The notes beneath the pieces were generated by a model, which was not told the DNA's origin, made no database searches, and saw only the letters and a program-made list of their open reading frames with translations. Positions 1 through 10,557 of a stretch of 38,818 nt of DNA are shown piece after piece; position 1 is the stretch's first letter, and every line of letters begins with the position of its first letter. A program made the translations under genes and the position numbers. Source of the DNA: Octopus bimaculoides (taxonomy: Eukaryota); assembly GCF_001194135.2 (NCBI RefSeq), contig NC_068986.1:69441327-69480144 (forward strand), given 5' to 3'.

Positions 1-856
1 ATATATATATATATATACAGACATGTATATATATATATGTATTAGACATGATCTCCTAAGATGCACATGATGATCGTAAAAACTAAATTATTTGAATACA
101 TTATACAACAACCATAGTAGCAATAATAATGATAATAATAATGATACATAACAACATTCGCTACATAAAAATAACGCCTAAAGATAATGAGATAACTGTT
201 AACCCCTTACAGGATAGTCGAGAAAAACAGAGACAATATATAAGAAAAATCAAATGGTTTTTGCCGTGTCCATACTATAATGTATTGTGCCCATAATTGT
301 TTAATGGTAACATATGTAATGTAGGTGGTGAAATGGCAGTGAAGTGAGCATTGGATGCTATGCCTTGCGGAATTAAATTCTGACTTCTTGCAAGATGAGT
401 TGATATCCCACTGATATCAATTTGGCCTTTGGTCCATATGGAGCTCATAAATAACTACCAGTGTATGATAGTAAGGCTGGTGGAATTGTTCCAGCCTTGC
501 GGTATCTGTTACGGCTCTTTGTATTCGGAGTTCAAGCTGTGACTTGCTTCAGTGTCAGACTTAATCTGTCGCCCGGTTCAACAAGAAGGATTGATCCTTT
601 GTGGATGGGGATATTGACAAAGGCCGCTCAGTTGTAAGCATTTGAGCCAGCTCTCTGGTTTCAGAATACTCATATGCCACAAATATCAGAAGCCTCGTGA
701 AAAGTCAAGAAAATTGTACTTCTCTTCTGACTAATCAATAAACCTAAGAGTTACGACAATCTTTTGGATGAGCAAAGAAAATGAATAGAAATTCAAATGA
801 TGCTGAATACAGATCTGGGGGAAAAGAATGGCTATAATAATTTTTTCTACATTATT

Positions 857-1063
857 AAGTCGGCGAGCAAGGCAAGATTGTTACCGCACCGGACTAAATG
901 CTTTGCAGCATTTCGCCCGTCTTTATGTTCTGAGTCCAAATTCCATCCAGAGCAACTTTTCCTTACTTAGTCGATGAAAAGAAGTACTAGTGGAGCACCG
1001 GGGTCGATATAAACGATTATCCTCTTTCCCCAAAATCTCAGGCATTGTGTCTGCAGTAAAAAG
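857..1063 (+). mobile_element. tRNA-derived SINE (main family), diverged copy
   Basis: Head AAGTCGGCGAGCAAGGCAAG, B-box-like GAGTCCAAATTCC and body GGGGTCGATATAAACGA..CCCCAAAATCTCAGGCATTGTG align by eye to the better copies at 34551 and 16131. Degenerate TSD-like flanks (ATAAT..TTTTTCTA.AT.ATT). Confidence 0.8.
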
Positions 1064-1113
1064 TATTATAATTTTTCTAAATGATTGATCTATTGATTGT
1101 TTATCATAATAAT

Positions 1114-1327
1114 CCTTTCTGCAATTGGCACAAGACCTGAAATTTTGGGTGAAGGGGCGAGTCAATTACATCGACTCCGATACTTAACTGGTACTTATTT
1201 CACCAACATAGAAAGGATGAAAGACAAAGTCGATCTCGGCACAATTTGAACTCTAAACGTAAAGACGGACAAAATACTTTTAAGCATTTTGCTTGGCGTG
1301 CTAACGATTTTGCCAAGTCGTTGCCTT
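1114..1327 (-). mobile_element. tRNA-derived SINE (main family)
   Basis: Plus strand shows GGATGAAAGACAAAGTCGATCTCGGCACAATTTGAACTC and GCGTGCTAACGATTTTGCC..GCCTT, the reverse complement of the family head and core. Confidence 0.9.
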
Positions 1328-1878
1328 TTCGTTTATTATGATGATAATTTCTTACTTGGCTCAAAGTTAAGTTTGTATGCAGGGGTGAGGGTAGAATCGA
1401 TTGATTTGCTCACGTTACATAATGGCGAGTATTTTAACGGTTAGAGAAGCAGAAATGTCAACCTTGGTTAAGACACGTAACTAAATACCACATGGCATTT
1501 AATCCGATGCTCAATGTAGATTATGAAAGGCATCAGATAATTAATTAGAGCAGCCTATTTATGATTTATAAACCCTCTTGATTGATCCATCTTAGCAAGA
1601 AATGTGCATTAAAGATTCATCAGTTATGTAAACAGGTTAAAATTCGGTTCACCAAATTTTTTTTATTTTCAATCACACACACACATACTCACTCACTCAA
1701 AACACACAAGCTTACATACACACACCATGACACCCTCACATATGCACAGACTGACAAAGATATGCATTCATGCCAACAAATCCAATGTAGCCGCAAATAT
1801 TTTTGTTCGTATATGTAGTATTTAGTCGTTTAATTAGTATATTTCCAAGCAGTCACGTTTTATGGCAAAACAATTTCC

Positions 1879-1970
<92 letters not shown>
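1879..1970. repeat. Compound microsatellite (CTAT)n(CTGT)n
   Basis: Read directly from the sequence. It explains the IYLS/VCLS pseudo-ORFs. Confidence 0.98.
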
Positions 1971-1971
<1 letters not shown>

Positions 1972-2270
1972 CATCCGTCTGTTGTCTATCTATCTTTCTC
2001 TCTATCTATTTATCTGCTTGTATATCTTTCTGTCTGTCTATCTCTATCTAAATGGATTGGCATGTATGGTCATACATTAATCTATCATTATTTTTGTTGT
2101 AATTATTTTCTGTTTGTTATTATTTTTAGCGTCTATCTTACTGTTTGCGAATAATTAGTTGCGAACAAGACTTTTTGCCTAGGGAATATGTCAAGATTTG
2201 TAGATGTCTGCATTAAATACTCCGTTTTAATTGCGCAAAGTCATTTATGCTGTCTCTCCCTTGGAACGCA

Positions 2271-2460
2271 TATATATATGTATGTATGTATNNNNNNNNN
2301 NNNNNNNNNNNNNNNNNNNNNNNNNNNNNNNNNNNNNNNNNNNNNNNNNNNNNNNNNNNNNNNNNNNNNNNNNNNNNNNNNNNNNNNNNNNNNNNNNNNN
2401 NNNNNNNNNNNNNNNNNNNNNNNNNNNNNNNNNNNNNNNNNNNNNNNNNNNNNNNNNNNN

Positions 2461-2501
<41 letters not shown>

Positions 2502-2530
2502 CATACATATATGTATATATATATATATAA
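2271..2530. repeat. (AT)n/(ATGT)n microsatellite spanning assembly gap 2292-2460
   Basis: Read directly from the sequence. Confidence 0.95.
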
Positions 2531-3723
2531 TGGTTAATTTATTCGCCTTCTTATATGTCTGGGAATGTGACATTCAAGCATTTCGTTTCGCTAATTATTA
2601 ACAAATTTTTCAGACATGTATTAAAACATAGCTAAATCAAACACAAAATATAAACACTAAAGTTATTTCTCTTGAAATGACGTTAAAATATTTCGAAACG
2701 AAATACAGAAGCCGGTTCATTATTTCTTTAACATTTTTATTTAATACAATTATTTCATTCTAGTTAATGAAAACTGGGAATAATAAACATCAGTATATAG
2801 ACGATGTGGCTAATTTGATAGACACTGATATACCTGCTTATGAGTTCAAATCGTGTCGTAGGTTTCTTCTTATTTTTTCTAGAAACCTCCGTTTATTATC
2901 TGATTCATCAATTAAAAATCGGAATCAGATCTACCTCCCTTGTAATAAAATATAATCAAATCTTGCTTATCGCTCTCACTTACAGACACCAGCATTGTGT
3001 CCCGTCATTTTAATGATCATTTATACTTTACTGTAGTTCAATATTGCACCAAATATTCAGCAGTGTTGATTTTTAACGATAATAATGATCATAAATCTTA
3101 TAAACATCATCATGATTATCATAATTATTGTTATCTTAGTTACCATCGCTCTCTTTGTTGTCTTATGACTATCGTGACAGTTATCATTTTGATTATTGTG
3201 ATCTTTAACAAGATCAAGATGAAATAATCAGTTCTGATTCTTATGATGATAATGATGGTGATTACATGAAGGGAGGAAGAGGATCATCATTAGAATTTCA
3301 CGCAATTAGCATCCCCAAAGATGAAGAAAATATCATTGAACGATGGAAAATATTCAAAGAATCTCTTTGAGGTTCCTATCGTGCTCTTTTTATCTGGAAA
3401 TAGCTACGGCATAATCTATTCAGAAGTTTTACTTTTAAAGCAGTTCTTATCCTTTGATGTAGAGTAAATGAATCTAGTAGTGCAATGCTGTTTGTTTCTG
3501 AAATGATGTAGTGTTGGTCTTACAATTATTTTTAATATTACGTGGGTCAGGTATAATCAATATATTCAGTTCGAGCAAATTACTGGTGCTTATTTTATGG
3601 ACCACTATAAAAGAAAAACAAAGCCGTGCAGAATAAAGATTTGAATAAAAATAAGCGAAACTAAATATCATGATCTTGACCAAGTCTGCCATTTCACTGC
3701 TCATTTGTGGAATGTATAATATT

Positions 3724-3904
3724 GGTTTCAAATTTTGGCACAAGGCCCGCAAGTTCAGAGAAGGGAAAGGAGGTAAGTCGATTACATCTACTTCAGTACT
3801 TAACCAGTACTTACTTTATCGACCTCGGAATAATGAAACGTAAAGTCGACCTCGGCAGAATTTGAACTCAGAACGTAAAAACGGACGGAGTGCCGCTAAG
3901 CATT
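3724..3904 (-). mobile_element. tRNA-derived SINE (main family), 5'-truncated
   Basis: Contains AAAGTCGACCTCGGCAGAATTTGAACTCAGAACGTAAA and stops at GCTAAGCATT, so about 35 bp of the head is missing. Confidence 0.92.
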
Positions 3905-3919
3905 GGAATGTATGATGTT

Positions 3920-4133
3920 GGCTTCAAATTTTGAAACAAGGCCAATAATTTGGTGGGAGAGGATATGTCGATTGCATCGATTCCATTGCTTAACTGCTAA
4001 TTATTTCCTCGACCCCGAAAGGATAAACGGCAATGTCGACTTCGGCGGAATTTTAACTCAAACTGTAAAGACGAGCGAAATACCGCTAAACATTTTGCCC
4101 AGCGCCTTAACGATTCTGCCAGTTCGCTGCCTT
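3920..4133 (-). mobile_element. tRNA-derived SINE (main family), full length
   Basis: Contains GTCGACTTCGGCGGAATTTTAACTC and head CGATTCTGCCAGTTCGCTGCCTT. Bounded by copies of a 14-bp TSD-like word. Confidence 0.92.
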
Positions 4134-4705
4134 ATTCGAATGTATAATATTCATAGTAAATGTTTGTTGATGCTTTTACTTATGAACATCGTTCGTATTA
4201 CAGATTTATTATTTTAAATATGTAATAAAATGGTATAACATGCTTTTCATCAAGATAAATTATTACGTTGGGATAACGATATGAAGATAAGATAAAAAAT
4301 CCTGTCATTTATAACAAGAAAACTTACTATCACAATATTTCTTGTAAGATTTAAAATGAGACCCGATTAGGCCTTATTTTCACTACTTGTAAACTAACTT
4401 ACTACCAACAAAATCTAATTGACTAACTGCAATGAGTCGTTCATCAAATTTTAATTTCTTATTGAAAGTCGCTTTAGCTTTTCCTTTTAATCTAAGAATT
4501 CGTTACAAAATGCTAATGGTTGAGAAAGCAATTACGTATTTTTGTATTAAATTTCATGCAACTTTTAAATAGGAACAATATTCCTAAATCACCAACATTT
4601 GTCTTGTAGTGTATGTCCGTTATATTAAACTATTTTCATGAGGAGTTAGAAAGGTAGTGTGGTGTAGTCATAAAGATGTTCAATTCAAAAACATGGTTTC
4701 TATAG

Positions 4706-5008
4706 CACCGACACGTAACCAAGAATCCTATTTCGATACTACCCCGAAGGAATCACCTCAACCTCCCTCATCACGTATTTCGAAGCCAACATTTATAGGC
4801 TTCATTTGCAGTCATTTTCGACATTGCTTCCTACCTCATTGCATGTGTCACTGTTGTAATGTGTTCATGATTTTTTTTTTTATTTAAGCTTTCTTCCACG
4901 CTTGCAGGAGTAAAAAGAACAAGTAGCAATAATTGTATTAAAATAACTCCTTTCCCGCCCCAAGAATCTATTCCTAGTAATAAAAGCCACGCTAGCACTC
5001 AGCCTTAG
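4706..5008 (+). CDS. Candidate last two coding exons (4706-4774, 4908-5008) of an unidentified gene; Ser/Pro-rich C-terminal peptide
   Basis: AG/GT boundaries, pyrimidine-rich acceptor before 4908, phase-1/phase-1 compatibility. Spliced peptide APTRNQESYFDTTPKESPQPPSSRVKRTSSNNCIKITPFPPQESIPSNKSHASTQP*. No homology recognised. Confidence 0.25.
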
Positions 5009-7439
5009 TTTCCGACTGATTGTAACAATTTCCTTTGCGCGCGAGATTCCCCGCCACCACATACACACACGCTTATGCACGCACCCATACTAAAAATGAA
5101 TATGAAGAAATGCTGAAGCTTGTACACAGCTACACAACATTCTTTCTTTGTTCACAGAATATTCTGGTTATTTTATTAATTCAGTTATTATTTTTTTGTC
5201 CATGTCAGAAATTCAGTACATCCCTTCTGCTTTGCCTGATTAAATGTCACTTTGTCTCTCTCCTCAGAGCCAGAAGATACAGTCGTTATTCTACATTCCT
5301 ATTATTTGGTTTTCAGCAGACAGTAAAATAAACGTTGCGAGATGTACATACAGTTTTCCGCGCACACATATACGTTATCAATAACTTATTCAATACACCT
5401 CTTGTATGGTATTAAATTTAGTTTTCTGTCAAAAGTACTATATCTTTTTCTTTTTAAATACAAAAGCACACATATTCACTCATATACACACGACATACAT
5501 TTCTGTCTGTTTACTAGCGACATTTCACGAAAAAAAAAGGCAAGCTGAATGAGAGATAAAATATCTATGCTGGATATTATTTTCTATTATTTTAGTTTTA
5601 TATTTACTTCTGTGCTTAAAATGTTACAAAGATCATGTTTCTCATTCATCATTCTGAAGTCGATAAAATACTCCACCACCTGCAAAAAAATACATCTTCT
5701 CTGGTTTGGTATAAATGTAATTATTTAAAATTGGTTTAAATCTGATGCCAGTTACCGAGTGATGCTATAGGTTTCTCAATCTGTTGTTTTGTGGAAGTAT
5801 TATGTAAAAAAAAAAAGAAACTTTCAGGATATACATTAGTTCTTTTACAGGAATTTCTGAAGACCGTGAAATAGGACTGGAAGGTATCTGTTACTCATTA
5901 GGTCGTTGGTCATCAGCAGATGCTATATTTTCCTAAGGTGCAACATTTCCAAGTTGTTGACCACGATAAAGCAGTCAACCTGCTACCTTCAGAAAAAGGA
6001 AAATTCAGCAAAACTGAAATTTGTAAAGCTTTTTAATCAACACTGGTTGGATACATGTGCACACATTGTTTTAATATTTCCCTCTTAACTATTTTATATG
6101 CATCCAATGAGTATGATATAGTGAATTAAATACATGTGAATTAAATGCATTGCAGAATGGTACTCGGCTTCAGTTTGCCTCATGTCTGGCGATGTAAGCA
6201 TCAAAATATTACTGATAATAAGGTTACTAACCGTTGAGAATCGGGAAAGAAATCGACTTGAATTGCTGGTGTTGTGATAGGTACTAAGAAAATTTTCAAC
6301 TACTTTTCGACTACATCTGCACTAACCTCAAGGACAGATGGTAGTAGTGCTTGTCCTTCAGATTAGTGTAGATGTCGAAACTGTTGGAGAGAAATGAAAT
6401 AATGTTTACTATTTGGAAAGACACTACTGAAAAACAAGTCAGATTAGAAGATAAATTACTTACCAAACGTTATCGAAATCGATTCAACTGATTTTCTCTC
6501 TACACACACAGTTCTCACTTATATCAAAGTTGGAAATGCATAGAGTTATTTTGAGTTACCAACCACTAACTCACTATTTTTGATTTTCAGTAATAAAATG
6601 TCGGATTACTTTTCAAATAGAATATTTTTAATGCAGTGTTTGCATGAACCTATTACATGGAAAGAAGTTACGGGCCTTTTTTTGTGATTTATTTTTCCAT
6701 TTTCTATTTGCCAACAGAAGGAAAGTTAGAGGAAGCCCTGGTCTTTCTGTACAACTACGAATGTTCTATTGATTAGACCAAAGACATGTCGAGATGATAG
6801 TTAGGATTGATGCATCTCACTCTTGCCCAAAGGCTGGTGCTGAAGCGTACGGAACAAAGAAAAACGAGGACGGTGGTTAGGGTTTTTGCAAACAACGTTG
6901 ACATGATCAAACGTTATACGTGCTCAAACATTTATCTGCTTTCCTCCTCCAGCCTTCTCTAATCAAGCCGTCACCATAAATAGCAAAATAAGAAAAGGCT
7001 CAATGCCGGTTGTACTATTACGAAAAATAGAAAGATTTGACGATCCTCGTAGGAACTTGTCAGTCTATCATTCAACACTACCACAACACGACTAACAAGT
7101 GCAAAAACAGGATAAATCCCAACCCCAACAACCACAACAGCACAATCCGGATCAACAACCAAAATAGCAATAACGAAAGCGTCAGAATATGATGCTAAAC
7201 ACAGTAAAGGCAGACAGAAATGGAAGGATTTATGCTTGGATTGTGTGAAAACTGGGGCATTCTATTCAGTTCCAATTTGAGAGATACCAACTGGATTCTC
7301 CGAATGCACCAGGTCTTAGTGACATATCCGAAGTTCTAATAGACCATCGATCATATTTACATTTTAGTGTGTCAAATATACGTAAACATATAAAGTATAT
7401 GTAAGCATCTTGGTTTATGTCTAGAGGTCTTCCATATAT

Positions 7440-8290
7440 AATTCTCAGTTAAATATTCCTTCAAAAGCCTCCATCAATTTGCATTACCCTTCATTGTTCT
7501 TTATATGTAATTCTTCATTGGATGATTTTCGTAATTCTTTAGTTATACTCGTTAGTCTGTTTAGTCTGCTTAGTCTCTACAGTCTTGAAATGTCTACCAT
7601 CATATTACATTACAAGAGAGTGTTATTAGATCCCGGTCACAACAATTTAATTTTGATCTTTGGTTGATATCTTTGCTTGAGTTGCCTTTCCATCTCATTG
7701 ATTCTATTGCCCTTTTCTTACGTCTTTTGAGATTTTGGTTCCATTAGCAGCTTTCAGAATGCGCATAGGTGGCCTGTTTCCATAATCATAGAGTTGTGCC
7801 TATTCAATCCATCTTGATCCAATCTGCATGTGATCAAATAATATTTTTCCACTTTTGTTTTCGCATGCATTTGCTGAGTGATCTCGTTAATTTTATCATG
7901 CATTTCTTTGGATATCTGTTGGTTATTTAATATTCCAACTTCTTGTCATTGATCGTCCGACTATTTGTATTTTTCTCTTACTACGTTCAGAAGAGATATC
8001 TTTATCTGAGGGTTCTATATATATCTTGATTTAATTCTTGTTTTTATTCCTTTCATATTTTGGTAGTATTTCTTCAGTCCTTTCTTTTTTTCATTCTGGA
8101 ACTACTTTTTTTGTGATGGGTGTGCATTCAATGTTTAATTGCATTTCATTTTCTATTTTTTTAATTTACCAAGTGCTTCTTGTATTTCTTCTTCATTGTG
8201 TAAACATTTGTTGCATATTTCTATGTATTTTTTTCTTTGTGTATTCTGTCTCTTTTTGACAAGTTCAACTTTAATCGTTCTTTTATTAGA
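7440..8290 (-). pseudogene. Heavily decayed non-LTR retrotransposon ORF fragment, probably the R4/Dong-like N-terminal region
   Basis: Strong strand asymmetry. Interrupted minus-strand peptides (IKVELVKKRQNTQRKKYIEICNKCLHNEEEIQEAL; VDISRL..ELRKSSNEELHIKNNEG) loosely resemble the pre-RT region of R4-clade ORFs. Many stops and frameshifts. Confidence 0.4.
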
Positions 8291-8291
8291 T

Positions 8292-8329
<38 letters not shown>
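8292..8329. repeat. (TTG)n microsatellite directly 5' of a SINE
   Basis: Read directly from the sequence. Confidence 0.97.
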
Positions 8330-8496
8330 AAGGCGGCGAGCTGACAGAAATGTTAGTACGCCGGGCGAAATGCTTAGCGGTATTTTGCCTGTCTTTGTGT
8401 TCTGAGTTCAAATTTCGCCGAGGTCGACTTTGCCTTTCATCCTTTCGGGGTCAATGAAATAAGTACCAGCTGAGCACTGTGGTCGAGGTAATTGAC
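8330..8496 (+). mobile_element. tRNA-derived SINE (main family), 3'-truncated
   Basis: AAGGCGGCGAGCTGACAGAAATG..GAGTTCAAATTTCGCCGAGGTCGACTTTGCCTTTCATCCTTTCGGGGTC; A- and B-box-like motifs. Confidence 0.93.
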
Positions 8497-8764
8497 AAAA
8501 ACAATAATATCAGCAACGACAACGAGTCCAGGTGGTAACTTTTGTTTGCTGCTATAACCAGTAGCGACTATCTTAAACCATCACTCCATCACTAGGACGA
8601 ATTTGTTAAAAATATAAATGCGATGCTCTAGCCCTGGATTCATAAAACTTCCAGGCGCTGAAATACAAACCAACTGAAAAACATGTAGTATCCCATGACA
8701 CATTTTCTGTGTCCTTATGTTTACAAGGGTGGGAGACAAGCATCTCCACCCAGCTAAGCCTGCA

Positions 8765-8807
8765 TCCAGAGACATGTTTCTGAGTCTTTGCTCGTCATCA
8801 GTCTGGA
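8765..8807 (-). ncRNA. Minimal type-I hammerhead ribozyme motif (Penelope-like element type)
   Basis: Minus strand reads TCCAGA-CTGATGA-C-GAG-caaaga-CTC-A-GAAAC-ATGTC-TCTGGA: perfect 6-bp stem I, CUGAUGA/GAAA core, 3-bp stem II, palindromic ACATGT stem III, GUC cleavage triplet. Confidence 0.7.
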
Positions 8808-8881
8808 GTAGCATGACCTGCTAATCGAAGATGCCTGTCAAGCTCTTGTAAACATATAATACTTCTAGTGAATAATTCTAC

Positions 8882-8924
8882 TCCAGGCTGATGACGAGCA
8901 AAGACTCAGAAACATGTCACTGGA
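8882..8924 (+). ncRNA. Second copy of the minimal hammerhead motif
   Basis: TCCAGG-CTGATGA-CGAGcaaagaCTCA-GAAAC-ATGTC-ACTGGA. Same fold as the left arm, but the stem-I pair next to the cleavage site is G.A. Confidence 0.6.
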
Positions 8925-9149
8925 TGCAGGCTTAGCTGGGTGGAGTTGCTTGTTCCCCACTGTAAACATAAGGACACAGAAAATGTGTCAAGGCCGACAG
9001 GAAGTAGTGCAGCTTCCTAGGTTTAATCAACAGTAGTATTATTCCCTTCAGGGAACTGTCACATTAAGTTGACAGCATACAAATACTTCATCGTATCACC
9101 ACTGCATAAATCTCTCTGAGAGTTTTAGAAATGTATTATTTCTAAATGT

Positions 9150-10296
9150 AGTATCCCAGTCCATCAGAATTAGAAGATGCCTGCAAGAGGTGTAGTCCGG
9201 TATAGGATATATAACCCAAAACCAGCAACACGGAACAGTTATTGTTGTTTGCAACACTGAGGTAAAAGCTACTTTCACGTCCAAAGTTTTATTGTGATCT
9301 CTCTATATTTTGGAAGATTGGTGACAAAATTACGGGTCACTGGCACTCCGTTTTCCAGTAGAATAAAATCAGTATGATTCTCGGATTCCGGTTGTTGATG
9401 GCACCTCCAGACTTAGCTGGTATCTGGAACTACCTCTAGTTCGAAGATGACACAAAAAATGCCACTGGTTGTCAAAGGGTAGTGGAAAAACAATCCAGCC
9501 CTAGGCATTCTTCCCCATGGGAAACTATCGCTGCTAGCAACACCCAAACTTAGAAAGGGTAGAATGAGAAAAACAAGAACTTCCTCTTCCCATATAGGCA
9601 GAGGGGCCTGGAGCAAGTCTCCTTAAGACTACCACCGTCACTAACAGCAAGAATAACTGAAACAAGAACAACAACGACAATATCACCACCAGCAACATAA
9701 AAAGCCCTACAAACGAAACAAAAACCTATACTCCTTCCACGTCCTACAAGCCTTCAGATGTAGATAAGGCAAACGATACCACCGCACCCAACTGGTGTAT
9801 TGTAGAAAGACCATCAATAAAGAATAGACTTTGTACAGATGAATCTACTGGTTTGGTCCCCCATGCCCTTCTTCCAAGCAAAAAATACCAGGCCAAACTG
9901 CCTAAGAAGAGTCAAACCAGCCGGCACACCGAGAACCAACCACAATCCAATTACAGCAACCAGAACAGTAGCAGTAACAATAATTGCAGAAGTACAATTA
10001 GCAACGTCATCAAGAAAACGAATAACGCATGCACATCAAATAGAGACAAACCAACAACAGTAACACGAAGAACAAGAGCTAAAACATCAGTCACATCAAT
10101 AGCAAGAGACACACCAAAAACACTGATAACAAGAGCAGAAACAACAGGTGCAAAACAAGCTTTAAAAAAATTACAATCAGCAACAGCAAACGTCTCACCA
10201 GCGAAGCTTTCAATTACAGTTTTCCTATGGCTTACTATGTTCATATTTCAAATCCCACAGAAATCAGTTTTGCCTTTCATATCCTGGGACCAATAG
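9150..10296 (+). pseudogene. Decayed LINE ORF1/gag-like sequence (RRM-like stretch, eroded Zn-knuckle, low-complexity tail)
   Basis: One reading frame persists from about 9180 to 10296 with scattered stops: GIGYITQNQQHGTVIVVCNTEVKATF..DSRIPVVDGTSRLSWYL..HKKCH. The frame is fully open from 9661 to 10296 and is N/T/S/K-rich. Family assignment is by motif resemblance only. Confidence 0.4.
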
Positions 10297-10382
10297 AATA
10301 ATTTACCAGTTAAGCAGAGCGGTTGATGGTATCGACTAATCCCCATCCCTAATATTTGCAGCATGGTAATTATGGGAAAAAA

Positions 10383-10557
10383 TACCATGCGGCATTTGAC
10401 GTTATACGTTATCAGTTCAAATCTTGCCGAGGTAAACTTTGCCTTTCATTCTTTTGTGGGTAGATAGAATAAAAATTTCAAGGCAAAATTTGGGGTTGGT
10501 GATATCGATTAACCCCAGCTCTTAAAACCACTGACCTTGTGTCTAAATTAGAAGCCA
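10383..10557 (+). mobile_element. tRNA-derived SINE (main family), old diverged copy
   Basis: CAGTTCAAATCTTGCCGAGGTAAACTTTGCCTTTCATTC..CCTTGTGTCTAAATTAGAAGCC. Confidence 0.8.

Larger units (their letters stand above)
8696..8990. repeat. Long inverted repeat: arms 8696-8811 and 8878-8990, 66-bp spacer
   Basis: The arms are reverse complements with about 5 substitutions and one 3-nt indel. Termini are TG...CA. No TSD seen. Confidence 0.97.

Noticed and set aside
474-500. Small hairpin AAGGCTGG..CCAGCCTT
   Set aside because: It is an 8-bp stem inside what appears to be a decayed SINE relic (about 320-545) and is within chance expectation.
5901-6036. Exon-like stretch VVGHQQMLYFPKVQHFQVVDHDKAVNLLPSEKGKFSKTEICKAF*
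   Set aside because: The acceptor is weak, there is no recognisable homology and another frame is equally open. Similar short frames at 27478-27723, 28454-28502, 35045-35135 and 37660-37845 were also left uncalled.
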